A stretch of DNA of 63,963 bases, counting the filler, from Bigelowiella natans CCMP2755 (Eukaryota; Protista; Cercozoa), in assembly GCA_000320545.1 (NCBI GenBank). It is 6 parts of 6 records of this genome, joined end to end, with 100 filler letters (N's around TTAATTAATTAA, not from the genome) between each part and the next. Parts side by side here need not be neighbours in the genome. Positions count along the whole stretch, not along the records: positions 1 to 8,900 come from ADNK01002256.1; positions 9,001 to 29,442 come from ADNK01001561.1; 4 more parts are not named here. One strand, 5' to 3'. Of the stretch, positions 1-15,337 are shown piece after piece. The notes below the pieces were generated by a model, which was not told the DNA's origin, made no database searches, and saw only the letters and a list, made by a program, of their open reading frames with translations. Positions within the stretch are counted from its first letter, which is position 1; each line of letters starts with the position of its first letter. Position numbers and translations under genes: made by a program.

Positions 1-601
1 AGGGCTCAACCCAAATCTAGCAGTATTTTCGTATCAATTGTCGAAAATGAAATAAGGTAGAGAGTTGCCACAGAGAAGCTTTTATTGTTGGAAAGAAGAT
101 GGGCTGAACACTCACATTTGCAATCGTCTCTTCTGTAATCTGCCCCCCGGAGAATATCCCATGGTCGCCAATTGCAGGAAGGCCACGGCCGATAAGCAAA
201 ATGCAGCCCCTGTATAATAATACGTGGTAACGGTGGTGGGTCTCGACGATGATGATGGGTACATTACATTACGCAAATTCTCAAGGCGATGATGACACAT
301 ACTATATTTTGCTGCACTACTCACTCTACCAGCAACGATACACAAAGCGATTTCGAACGCGGCCTTCATGGCGAAGTTAAAGTATCTTGCTCAGGAGCCC
401 ATTCTTTTCATGGTCCGGTTGCATTATTCGGTGTAAAAAATGGCCTGGAAATATGGCATAGTTTTATTGAAAAATGTTGTCGCAGGTAACTCCTAAAAAG
501 GAAACTGCCGCGGGGTCCTCGCCGCACTTCTTGAAATTTCAGGTCCTATCTATGCTAATTATGTGTTAAAAGCATTGTCGTAGATTGCATTTGACATGAT
601 C

Positions 602-681
602 CGAGGAATGAGCTGTTCTTCGATCGAGGAATGAGCTGTTCTTCGATCTTCCTTCTTCGATCTTCCGTCTTCGATCTTCCG
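602..681. repeat. Short tandem duplication, 23 bp x2, followed by a ~14-bp unit x2-3
   Basis: CGAGGAATGAGCTGTTCTTCGAT at 602-624 and 625-647, then CTTCC(T/G)TCTTCGAT units. Confidence 0.9.
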
Positions 682-852
682 AAGCACATGGATTAGGGAC
701 AAAACGAGAGCATAATGTAAGGCAGCGACAAGGAAAGGACGATGTCGCCCAGTCTCATTATTAGAATTTTTTTTGTGCGAGTGATAACCTAAAATGATGA
801 AATTATAATATCGATACTACCAACATATACAACAATAATAAAACTTCGACAG

Positions 853-1223
853 CACTTCCGAAGGATCAGCGCCTAGCCCTTCAAGGGATCATGGGGCTCA
901 CTTCCTCGAAGACAACTCAGTACTATTCGCCCTTTTTTAACTTGTAACCAGGTTATAGCTCTGTAGCCATCCAGTATTGACACTCTCCTCTTCCACGTTT
1001 CACCTCTTCTCCGTCTAGAAAACGAGCGCCTGAAGAAGTCAAAAACGTTGCGGCCAACCCCTCTCCAGTGAAGGTGAAAGATGCTACTGAGGCGGAACAA
1101 GTTAAAGTGGTGAAGCCTGAGCCTTTAGGACTTGTTAAAGCGATGAAAGGCAGCACCACCCTGGAAGAAATCCTTAGCTTCTTGGGTTGTTCATCGATAT
1201 ATGCTGAAAAACTAACATGCATG

Positions 1224-1261
<38 letters not shown>

Positions 1262-3225
1262 GCACACACATTACATGCAGATTCATGTATGAGGGTATAT
1301 CTCCCCTCTCTCTCGGAGGGGGATTTTGTGCATCTAAAACATTGAGGACTATATATTGTATGCAGAAGCCTCGCCAAAACTCATGCTTGTTTGCCAGGTG
1401 TGATTCCCTCAATCCCCCCTTACCTACCCTCTGTACTTCACAAATCTGTTTGTTGGTGACACGACGCTTCTTGCAAAGACGGCACGCTTTTAGCATTAAA
1501 CGATCATCCGAGATTGATTGATTGCTGTAAATAAACGGGGCATGTGTTGTTCCTACTTCCGCTCCTCCTCCTCCACACCCAATTTGATCAAAATCAGGAC
1601 TTTCGCATCATCATTGGGCAGCGTGGGGGGGAACAGCTTGATAGGGACTACGTGGCCATGAAGGTTACTACTCGTACCTTTTCGAATCAAACAGCTTAGT
1701 CTGAACAATAACAGTGAGTGAATCCAGGGTCGATTGAGAATGATCTTCGATTCTCAATAGACCCTAAACCACGTTGCGCCAGCACGTCAAAAGAATCAAT
1801 CCTTGATTCGTTATGAAACAAAGAGTATGATATAGATCAGCCCTCGACAAATACAAATGATAACTGAAAATGAAATAAGAACAAATAAAATAAACGTCGG
1901 AATATATCGGTGTCCTATGGGTCTTTCAAGGGAGATATTATCACAGCGCTCATAGCACAATTCTTGGTAAAAATTTGAGGAAGAATCTAGAGGAAACCCT
2001 CTCAGTGAGGTGTTGGATACGACCATCGAATATTAGATTTAAGTGTCTTTACGCATTCTCTGATATCGGTTCTTTTTCTGCTACTGTCTCAGGCCCTTGG
2101 CAAGCAAATCTATGAAAAACTTCAATTCGTAGAAAAATTCACGATTCATCGTTCCTCCCCCCTAGTCAATAATCTACGTGTTTTTGACGTTGAAGAGGTG
2201 GGGGAGGAAAAGGCTAGCGATCTGAAGTTGGTTACTGAGGACGATATCTTGGAGGGAGGCCGGATTATACCGCTGCGACAACAACAACAGGTGTTCCCTT
2301 GAGAGTCATCTTTGTTAAAGAAATTGAGCTCGGGGAAAGGGGAGAGAGCCAAAAGAGGAAGGGGCGTTACGAAAGAGAAACATGATAGAAATTCATCTCT
2401 ACATGGGGTGTATTACTCAATTTGCTACGGTGTGGAGGAGGTGATGATGATGTTGGCGGCGATGATAAAATGCTGTGTTTTGCATATATCATGGTTTCAG
2501 CTGTCAAACTTCGCTGAACAATGGCGTGCGACGGGAACCGACAGTGAGAAGGTTGTGGCCAATGTGCAAACACACGCAACAGGGAAGAAAGGGGTTGGAT
2601 ACGCAGTTCTGCTTGTCTTTGCAAGATAAGAAATTTTGCGTGGAACATGAAAGAAATGATGGAGGAGCATATTGTCTGTGTTAGTAGCTGGCGTTCATGA
2701 GCTGTTGGGGCTCTCAACGACTACTACTACTGCTACTATTTACTACTTGTAGTTTTGAATGGAAATCTGTCTACTGTGTCCTCCTCCTCCTCCTCGCCAT
2801 CCTGACTCATCATTAGACCGAGATCTTTGACATGATGTTCGATAACATGTGGGACAACTTCAACCTCAAGCGGTATCATCGTGTGCGTGTATGCTTGTGT
2901 ACATGCGCGCACGTTGTACGCATGCACGCGCGCTCAAGATGAATAGAACCCAAAGAGGAAATGAGACGATGATGCACCACGAAACCATTGTAAGAAGCAA
3001 AAAACAGGGGGGGGGGGGGGGGGGGGGGCCCCCAAAGGGGGGGAGATAGGTTTGGGCCCCCAACACGGGTTATCCCTATCGATGCTTAGGTGGCTTGGAA
3101 GAGATGACATAATATGGATGGACGAGAACGCTCAAAACGTGAGCTCCACGGTAAACGTACTTGCTCTGTGTTATGTGTTATTCTTACTATTATTCTTGAG
3201 CCGCTGTGCTCGCAGTTGGCTTTCG

Positions 3226-3261
<36 letters not shown>

Positions 3262-3562
3262 TTAGTGCGACAGAGAGCGTTGTCTCACACCGTTCGTAGA
3301 GCTAAATTTCTATGTTATTTATCGGTGATTCTTGCCGTTGCTCACTGTTGTTCTGGTTTGTTACTTGATGATGATGGTGGTGATGGTGATTGTCGTTGTT
3401 GTTGTTGTTGTTGTGGGAGAAGAAGCCTTAGGAATGGATCCTCTGAGGTGCGCAAACACACCCCTTAATCACACACAATTATCAGAAGGACGAGATTCTG
3501 CTTGTCACCCGACGGCAGCAATCATCACAAATCGCTGACGCGAGAGACCAGTGTATTTATGT

Positions 3563-3602
<40 letters not shown>

Positions 3603-3734
3603 GGATGTTCGATCGAATCTCGACGAGTACAAAGTCCTAATGGTGCGCAACGAATACAAAAAAACAAATGATGCTGCTGTCTCGCAAATTGTTTCACGCA
3701 AGATACACATTCATATCACAACGCACCATCACAC

Positions 3735-3781
<47 letters not shown>

Positions 3782-3928
3782 CCGTATCATTGCATTTTTT
3801 TGTTAAAATATTTTCTATGATGGGTCAGGGCAAGTGCATGTGGCACATTCTAGCGCAAGAACATGCCGCAGCTCTGTCGTATGAAAAGGTCATTTAAAGC
3901 CTGTTCGTCGATATGGCATGCGAGAGAA

Positions 3929-3971
<43 letters not shown>

Positions 3972-4306
3972 CTCTCCCTTTTTGAGTGATGGGGGGGGTA
4001 GAAGATAGTAGCCACTTGAGTGATGGGGGGGGGTAGAAGGTAGAAGATAGTACTTACCACCGATATTTCGGATTGTATCTCCCTGGAGGGAAGATATATC
4101 TTAAGATTTTATAACTCAGCTACAAATAGTCTTCGTGAATGCTCGAATATTTTGCTGCATATCTCACTCACTGGTGGCCTTATTATTCGTACGATGTCTG
4201 CTGCATGTCACGTTTTCAGAACAAGAAGGAAGCCCGCAAAGCACGAGAGAGAGACCAAGAGAGAAAGCAGAAGGCAGGAGCTTTCATCCTTGACTATAGA
4301 AGGTGA
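853..4306 (+). CDS. Multi-exon gene of unknown function (start uncertain)
   Basis: Chain of AG/GT-bounded open exons, e.g. KRAPEEVKNVAANPSPVKVKDATEAEQ..., DFRIIIGQRGGEQLDRDYVAMK, LSNFAEQWRATGTDSEK, TEIFDMMFDNMWDNFNLK, DVRSNLDEYKVLM|GKCMWHILAQEHAAALSYEK, last exon NKKEARKARERDQERKQK...RR*. No family recognised; not every junction was phase-checked. Confidence 0.5.
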
Positions 4307-4572
4307 TATAAACAGCGACAACGGCGGTGGATGCGTGGATATTTCGGAGCAGCAGAGCCTAGAATATGTATGTATGAATCTCGTTATAGCTATGCGTGAT
4401 GCTGTGCTACGCGAGGCTGCTGTGTATCATCAAAGTATGGCAATTTAACACAATTGCACCTGCCTATGGTTTCAGTTATTATATCTAGCGACGAATGCTA
4501 AGCCGCATGGTTTCATATAACACAGTTTTATTAATGACATATAATAAATCATGCAGGGCGCCGACTGAGCAA

Positions 4573-4612
<40 letters not shown>

Positions 4613-5055
4613 ACATGCATGGCTAGCAGCCTGCTTCGATGTGCATACACATAGAAGATGCACAATTTATTGCGTATTAGATAGAAGTATGAAATGATTC
4701 CTCACACGCTAGCACATGCTGTCGCTTTGACCCGCGCCCACGCAGGCATGCTATAGCATGACAAGTAGCCCCTAGCATGTAACCGACTACTATAGTGGGC
4801 TGGCAAATGAGCATTGTGCTGCATCGTATGGCACATTTTCGAAGCAGCTTATTTCCAACTTTGTAAAGGACGCCGTGCATTACACAGCACAGGCTTAACC
4901 GTATGCTTGATTATTTGTTGGTAGTTACCCCAAATGGAAAAGACTAATAAAACCGTATGAAGACTGCCAATATATTATAGGGACTAACAAAGCAGCATGG
5001 CGCTAAGTGAATTGCTCGTTAATCGCATGCACACAGCAGCATGCATTCATTCTTC

Positions 5056-7505
5056 TCAAATGGCTGGAGCATAGCGACTAAGCTCTTGAAGGGCGTCCTC
5101 CATTTCACTGTTCACCTTGATAGCTGATGCTGCCATTCCCTCTTCACTCTCTGCGCCATTACTCTGAAATTGAGCAACCGGCTCCTTGGCCGCTGCTCGA
5201 GCATTGTCCTTGGAGATGGAGGTGTTATTCGTAGAATAGCCATTGCGCACCGTTTGACGTCCTTTTTCCTTTTGCGTTGTCTCTACACAAATTCATTGAG
5301 GGGGGGGGGTGGGGGTGGGGGAGAAGGAAGAAACCGTAACGGACGTAAGGTCGATACCAAAGAACACATAAAACCTTGCTAACGCTAAGAAATTACTACA
5401 CTGCGTGCTACATAGCGAACTGCTTAGCTTGCACTCACGCAAAGACGAATGGGAGACGGTAGCAGCTGTGGAAGCACGGCGGTGGTGGGCGGGGTGTTGC
5501 TGAGGTTGATAGATAGTGCCATTAACATGATGGGGGGAAATGGTTGGGGGTACTTGTCATATGTAAGCAATAATCGATACAACAATAATTTGCAGGAGAC
5601 TGAACAATAAATCGATGAAAAGGAGTCATCAGTATACTCTGCTTATTAAGGAGCATTTATTCGTTGCTGGTCTGGTAAGAGTTAATTCCTAACACACACC
5701 CCTCCCCCCCCTTCCCAATCTCCTGCAATTGCTTGCCGACCCAATCTCGTGGTATTGATACAGGAAATAAGCGATTCATCTATGAAATCTCGCTCTAAAT
5801 CTTCAAAAGTATAGTAATTCGTTGTGTATGCTGCTATTCTTCTTCTTCTTGTTCTTCTTGTTCTTCTTCTTCTTCTCCTCCTCCTTCGTCTCATTCCTCT
5901 TCTAGAGAAGTGTCTATTTCAAGCTACAATGGCGAGATCATCACCAGCTACTTGCCTCTCTACTGACCTCACTGTGATGATTACGATGATGATGATGATG
6001 ATGACGCCTTTTCTGATGATGAAGGTGATGATGGCGGGCATCATGATTCTCTTTCTTGTTCTCCTGCATTTCCCTCGTCTTCGTTGTCGTCATTCGTTGG
6101 AATCTTGGCAGCTAAGTAGTGAGGCGCAGCGGTTAGTGATGATAAGCAGCAGTGTGTATATATATATATATAAGTGCTTATGTACACGCAAAGGTTAAAC
6201 TTACGGATGTGGGTGTCCCGTGAGCACTTGTCTGGTTTGACTGGCCACTCCTCGTGTTGTTATTCTTGGCAGGAGAAGACGAGGAAGAAGATGATGACGA
6301 AGATGGTGAGGTGGAGGACTCATTGGAGCGTAGCTCATCCGTGCTGTTCAGCAACCCCTGTGTTGTATTCGAGAGCGACGTGAATATAAGACAATCAAGT
6401 CGGAAATATCAATTGACAGGGATGCAGCCACCACCACGAACACCACCACGAATTTGAGTGCTGCCGCTGCTGCTGCTGCTCAATACTGCCCCTGCTACTG
6501 CTACACAACACATCATCACATCGCTAGATGATGAGAAAATCACATTAAGATCAGCTTCGAGATCGTGGAATCGAGTGGAAGAATTCTGGTCGAGCGACGA
6601 CTTGGTGGCGGTTGAGGAACTCTTCTTAGATGCAGCAGCAGCGGTATCTTCTTCCTTGGAGCGAAGCTGCTTGTGGTGATGATGCTCGCGCTGCTGCTGA
6701 TGATCTGACTTGCTTGGATCCTCATCGGCTGTTTCTGTCTTCTTGGATGACTTTTGAACGGCCTCAAGAACCTTTTGGATGGGAGAGAAAGAATGGAGGG
6801 CGGGGAGGGATGAGACTCGATAGTGTACCGCATCGAAAGCAGCATCATTGCTGCTCTTTCTTGGTGCGACACGAAGGAAAGTGTGCGAGCAGATCTAAAC
6901 AGAGGTATGGGTTAACAGCAACACACCTTCTTTGTGCTTTCAGATATCGCCTTTGAGAGGACTTCCTCCTGAGAAGAAGAAGAAGAAGAAGAAGAAGAAG
7001 AAGAAGAATGGCACATTTATCCCACGCTCACATCACGTATATATTAGCTATAATTTGAGCATAGAATACGACTGACGGGATTGTGCATGCACTCAAGGCC
7101 ACGCATATCATCAACACTGCACGATCTCCATAGCAGCACTATCGTTGCTATCCGGTTCTTCCGATTTTTCTTCTTTTTCTTCTTCTAGTTTTTCTTCTTC
7201 TTCTCTCTCGCTCTCGCTCTCTCTCTCTCTCTATCTATCTTTATCTATCTAATCCTCAAGATTCTCACAGCAATAGCAACAACAGAAGCAGAAATAGCAA
7301 TGCCAGTAGCAAGTATGTTATATTATATATATATATATATATATATTTTCAGTTGTCCCCCCCCCCCATCCCCCCTCTCACACACCAAATCAACTCTTCC
7401 CTCCATTAGCGTTTTCGCCTCCTTAATGAGGTTCTCGAGTACAGTCTAATGTAATAATGAATAAGCACATCAAATAGCGTTATGATATATGAATACCATA
7501 AACAC

Positions 7506-7542
<37 letters not shown>

Positions 7543-7576
7543 GGGGAATGTCAGTATAGAATGAAAAAATGATATA

Positions 7577-7651
<75 letters not shown>

Positions 7652-8079
7652 CTGCTGGTGCCGCTCTTCGTTTGCCTTCTCAAGCTCCTCAAGAACCTTT
7701 ACCAAGCAATAAGAGTATAAAATCAAGCTATTCTGAAACACCAATGATCGCCATGGAGGGGGGGAAAGGGAGGGGGGGCGCGGGGCTTGAATTCCTCCTT
7801 CGAGGTCGGAAAGATGATACGAGGCAGTTTGCAATGGATGATTTATTTTTGAGCGGAGCAACACGTAACGACAGCAGTCTGATGATGCTGTTGTTATGGG
7901 ATAATGTCCCCGTATTGTTTAGGTGTTCTTCGCATAACTCTCTTCGTTCGGAGGGACCTTCGTCATGTGCTCATCGAGCTCCTGACGGCTCATCGAGTGG
8001 AAATGGTGGCCTTGGTCTAAGGGAGTCATAGCATCATATACTGCTACTTCAGAATGTGATGAGGGGCAATAGGACAGCG

Positions 8080-8130
<51 letters not shown>

Positions 8131-8770
8131 TGGTATCATCATCGTAATCAGCGGCAGCACCAAGCAACCATCGACGAAATCCTGTCTCTTCTACTTTCTT
8201 TTCACACCTTGATCATCGTGATCCTCCTCCCCCCCTTCCTCCTCTTTCTCTTCCTGCTTGTTCTTCGCTGCATCGTCATCGCCCTCTTCTTCTTCTTTTT
8301 CTTCTTCTTCTTCACCGTCGTTCTCGTAGTCCTCATCTTGACTCCCTTCCTGGTTGTCTACCTTGTTCTCACCAGCATTCTTCTTCTTCTTCGTCATCGT
8401 CGCAGAGTGGTGAGGATTTTCTTCATTCGGTGCGTCCTTCTTCTTGTTGTCGTTGTTGTTCATTGTATAGCTTTGCATCTCCCCCCCTTCTTCTTCATCG
8501 TCTTCTCCCTCCTCCTCCTCCTCCCCCCCCTCCTCCGCATCATCTTCGGGTTGGTCGTCATTGCTTTGCTGGTCTTTCAAGCGTTCATTCGCATCGTCAT
8601 GCTTATCACTCTTCCCTGGGGAAATGGAGGGAGAGGGGTCGTTGCTGTCGCTCAAGCCATGCTGGATCCCCTTCTGTTTCGTGTCCTCACCACTTCCACG
8701 CTGCTCAAGAGCAGCCTTGCCGTGTTTTCTGTGGTGGCGAGATGTAGCCGCCGTGGATGTAGTAGCATTT
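5056..8770 (-). CDS. Multi-exon low-complexity acidic/coiled-coil protein, probably 5'-truncated at the 8901 spacer
   Basis: E/D-rich exon 8191-8655, VLEELEKANEERHQQE exon, YTFEDLERDFIDESLISC exon, terminal exon ...EMEDALQELSRYAPAI* at 5056. Could be more than one gene. Confidence 0.45.
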
Positions 8771-8802
8771 GAGGAAGAGGATTCTCCACCGGGGGATATT
8801 AA

Positions 8803-8838
<36 letters not shown>

Positions 8839-8900
8839 TAAATATTTGTGTGAGCGTGTTGGTAGGTAAAAAACTGCTGCGAGGTTAGATCAATTAGGGG

Positions 8901-9000
8901 NNNNNNNNNNNNNNNNNNNNNNNNNNNNNNNNNNNNNNNNNNNNTTAATTAATTAANNNNNNNNNNNNNNNNNNNNNNNNNNNNNNNNNNNNNNNNNNNN
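8901..9000. other. Artificial gap spacer
   Basis: 44 N + TTAATTAATTAA (stops in all frames) + 44 N. Confidence 0.97.
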
Positions 9001-9198
9001 TACTTGTCATGAAAACATCTCTATTCCTCCCATCGCTCCCTCGCCTCCCCCCCCCTCCCCTCACAATACCGTATCCTACAAATGATCGTATTGGGTAGTT
9101 GTTCTTCTTATTCTACTACTACTATCACTACTGCTGCTACTGCTGCTGAACAAGTAATTGCAATCGAAACAGGTACATTGCGAATGACACAGGGTCTA

Positions 9199-11429
<2,231 letters not shown>

Positions 11430-13001
11430 CTTTTTTCCTAGTTTAGAGGAGACTTATCGCCCTCCTGTCCCTATATTTGTTTGCTCACCTGACGGCCATA
11501 AAAAATCATGCCAAATATGTAGGTATTTAGCACGTGAAGGCACTCGAGCTGTATAGAATTAGACTATTCGAAACTCCCCCTCACTATTTGACATTTGGAA
11601 AGATCCTCCAGACTTATACAGCTTATCGTATGTAGGATAATCGTTATAGTTTATGGTTTTTCGTTCTATAGAGCTCCCACTCTCAAAACCAGGTAAGTGT
11701 GGAACATGGACAAGGCGCACGATATTGCTGTTCTAAAATCACCTCCCCCCCCCCAGTGGGAGCTCAATAAAACGAAAAAAAATCACCTATAACGATAAAT
11801 CAGGGGTCCCCTCAGATGTATGGGAAGTTTTTGAGCGCCCTTTCCACTACCCCCCCCCCCCTTTCCCCCCTTCCCATATTTTTTTCTCCCCGGGGCCAAA
11901 AATCAGTCCAATATTAGTTTTTACGCGAGAGGCCCCCAGCTGAAAAAATGGATTTTAAACTCCCCCTCATTTTAACATGGAAAGCCCCCCCAGTTTTAAA
12001 GTTTTTGAATTGGGAAAATGTTTATTTTTGGTTTTTTTTTAAAAGGCCCCCCCTTTAAAACCCGGGTAGGGGGGAAATTTGAAAAGGGCCCCCATTGCTC
12101 GTTACTAAATCACCCTCCCCCCCCCCCCCCCCTTTCCAAGAATATAGGAATAAACTCCCTTGCGTCGAATATTTTCGACTTCACTTGTCTACTTGGATCC
12201 ATTTCGCCATCCTTCTCACATACCCCCCCCCCCCTCTCCGCCCTCCTCTACCTTGCAGACCACTCTTCTTGATGGCGAAAAATTAAGCTCCGGAGTGGGA
12301 GGACAGGGAAGCTAGAATTGATGCGGATTCATATAAACGACAAGAAGAATATGATTTAAATGAAAAAATGAACGGCGTTTCTTGGTTCAGGGCGTGCTCT
12401 GTCGCAATAAGTACCACCGCCTCTGTCGCAGACGCCCCTGCGCCAGCACAGAGGCTCTTGCAGAGAAACAAATCCGGCACATATGTAAAGGTACGATGTT
12501 TTTAGAATAAAAATATTTCTAAAATATATATGATTTTATCCATTGAATCCACCGGTCAACATTTTCGGAATTATTCCAGATAAGTTTCAATAGTAATCCC
12601 AAAGATATCGTATTAAAAAAGACCAGAATAGCAGTATTTCTCTCCCCACCACAGCCAGACAATATTTCAGAGCCACGTGCATCACTTCATAGGTAACTAT
12701 CATTGGCCAATGCCCCCCCCTCCCTACCTGACGATTGCCCCTCCCTCTTACCTATCATTTTTAAAACACGTATACTTCTTGTGTCTTCAGGTATGCGTAG
12801 GAGGATTTCCAAGCTCTTTAGTTGTGGACGGTTACGTAGCAGGGCCAGACAGGCACCGCTTGCAATAAAAGTACCCTACAATCTAAACATGCTCGCTGGT
12901 TTATTTGTTCGTAACTTTCGAGCGAGACGGCATCTAATAAAGCCGAACTTTCACGAAAAGCGTTGTTTTTTATCTATACAAAGACCACCGGGCTTGCTCT
13001 G

Positions 13002-14172
13002 ATGACTGCGACGACGTCTTTCGCCCTTGGGGGTGAACATAACAGTGGTAGCGGAGAAAAGGGCCATGATTTGAAGGGAGAACGCGACCGCGCGGGAGAT
13101 GCAGAAGCGGGTGGCAGTGAAGAAGACTCCAAAAGCTGCGTTGTGTGCAGCAACAAAGGGAGGAAGTTGGACAAGGATTGCAAATGCGAGCTCGTCTACG
13201 GCTACATGCACTCTGGTAGTTGTGCATGCTTCGCCTGTCATTTCTTTTCATTTTTAGAAAGTGCTGGTGAATAGGTGCATTTCTTTTCCCATCTTTTTCG
13301 TCCTCCTCTTCCCCGTTCCCCCCCTTCACTGCCCCATTCTACAACCTCGTTAGCGTAAATTAAACCATACAATATATCGAAGGGTGTCCTTTGAATCGGA
13401 AAGAGCTTGGCAGGTCCACGTGGGCCTTGCTGCATACAATGGCGGCTTACTACCCAGAAAACCCCTCAAAGATACAGCAGCAGGTGAGTTGGAGAGAAGA
13501 TAACGAACTTCATATGGTTTACGGTTGAACTTTGCTACACTAACCGTTCAAGCAATGTGATCTGACGTCGGCACAATTTGCATGTCGTCTCTTGCATAGG
13601 AAATGGAACAGTTTATGAGGCTAGCAGCTAAATTATATCCATGTGGATATTGTGCGGACACCACGACGCAGTAAGCAGAGAAGAGGAGCTTAGGAAGAAG
13701 TAGTCGCAAATGGATGAGAACGGAGCATCCAAACAGTTATTTTCTTTGATGTTGATGAACAGTTTTCATATAATTTTTTTGATGGAGATAATGACTTTCT
13801 CAACTAGCACAATGATGTTGGAAAATTACTGTATTCTAATCAAAGGAATTGTCGTTTAACCCTCCTCGTACTTCGTCACGTGAAGAGCTTTCGACTTGGC
13901 TGTGTGAGATCCACAACGAAGTCAATGACAGGTGGGGGATAGTTGCTACTACGTTTCATTTCTAGTGATGATACAGTATGCCCGTCGTCAGAATATACAG
14001 ACAAGAGCCGATGATATTTTGTTATCAAATCTACCAAATAAGACTAAGTGGAGCGATAAAATATCAGAGTGATGATGACGATGATGATGATGATGATGAT
14101 GAGGATGGTAATGGAGGGCAGCAATGTGGTCATCATCCTGCGCCCCTTGCTCATGCTGCGAAGGTTGCTTGA
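13002..14172 (+). CDS. ERV1: Erv1/ALR-family FAD-linked sulfhydryl oxidase
   Basis: N-terminal shuttle [28 protein letters not shown] (from 13383), redox [20 protein letters not shown]. The exon 3/4 junction appears one base out of phase (possible sequence error); last exon uncertain. Confidence 0.92.
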
Positions 14173-15337
14173 CGTTATTTATGGATTGAAGCGAATATCC
14201 GCTCGCAAATATACTCGAAGATAAAATATTCCGATAGTGACTAATTGTATGTTGGTATTTTATCAGATTGGGAAAGCCTTTATTTGATTGTTCAAAGCAT
14301 CGTGAGCGGTGGCGCGATGGCCCTCCAAATGGAATGTGTGGATAAATAAATGGGTTATATCTTTTGGTATGTTAATAGTCGGTGAAGTACATCTTGTCTG
14401 TATAATTGCGTGTTTGTGCTCAACGTATAGGCTAGCTATGTATGCTACAGCGCAAGTGTGGTGCAAACTAGCACCCGCATCTAGCTAGCTAGCTAGGTAT
14501 GCGCACGATTCAGATGCCAGCTTTTAGCTGCTTGCTGGCTTGTAGTTCGCGCCGCACAGCATCGCGTAGAGTCGTGCTAGCATGCACCCACCACTAGATC
14601 ACGCTAGCACGCATTCTATCATTGTCAAATCAGAGAAACAAAAATGCCTCACAATGCTGTGATGCTAGAATGTGATGGCTTGTTTTGCATGCTAGCAGGC
14701 TACCTAGCAGGCACAACTGACGTGCATCACTAATGCGATGCATTGCATGATTTGGATGCAAAGATCAGAAATGCGAATCTCCGCTTGCTAGGATGCTCAT
14801 GTCTAGTCCCACATGATAGCATGCAAGCATGACCATAGACAATTAATGTGATGCATGCTGCATGTACAACATGTCTATCATCATTGACAACAAGATTGAA
14901 CAGTTCACGTGTGGTGCGATGTGCAGCACACTCTAGCACTGCATCTATGCACACAACCCATGCATTCTTGAGGAGACTGACGTTTGTAGCACTACCTCAA
15001 AAAAGCAACATTGTAATCACGTAGCGTTGCGTTGCATGATTATCTACAAGATTTGCATGTAAGCAATGAACGCAAGTCTAAACAAAAACAAGGAACGAGT
15101 GGTTTCACAATCGCTAGTCCGTCTAGCCGTGTGGGATCCCATGCACCCTCAGCATGCATGTCATGCAGGCGTGCCTCTCGACCTGTAAATTAGCTTTCTA
15201 TCATCTCGTTAGCAATATTCGACCGGGCAGGCTTGACACTGACTAGAATGAGACGCGTCCGAGAAATTTCTATTTACTCAATCAATACGCGAGCTTCGTG
15301 ATTCCATCAGGTTCGACAAATTGCAAGCTTCTGAAAT

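Noticed and set aside
1-369. 5' part of a - strand gene at the window edge
   Set aside because: Plausible ATG and splice sites, but too fragmentary to call.
602-681. CRISPR-like repeats (also 47790 and 57946)
   Set aside because: Head-to-tail duplications without spacers, in a eukaryotic context with no cas genes.
8056-8772. 238-aa hydrophobic + strand ORF and similar ORFs (49788-50582, 54720-55145; CVCV/YIYI/THTH ORFs)
   Set aside because: Antisense shadows of acidic or coiled-coil exons, or translations of microsatellites.
8901-9000. TTAATTAATTAA repeated five times as a biological motif
   Set aside because: Always centred in exactly 44+44 N, so it is an assembly spacer. It also rules out treating the NAS-like gene and the His/Cys protein as a physical cluster.
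11560-12130. Degenerate direct and inverted copies resembling a MITE
   Set aside because: The copies are smeared into homopolymers like low-quality read ends; no clean TIR or TSD.
12259-12868. Possible small + strand gene (APEWEDREARIDADSY...)
   Set aside because: An open exon with a donor exists, but no start or homology could be established next to low-quality sequence.
13180-13216. Obligate GC-AG intron in ERV1
   Set aside because: A canonical phase-1 GT donor at ~13216 also fits.
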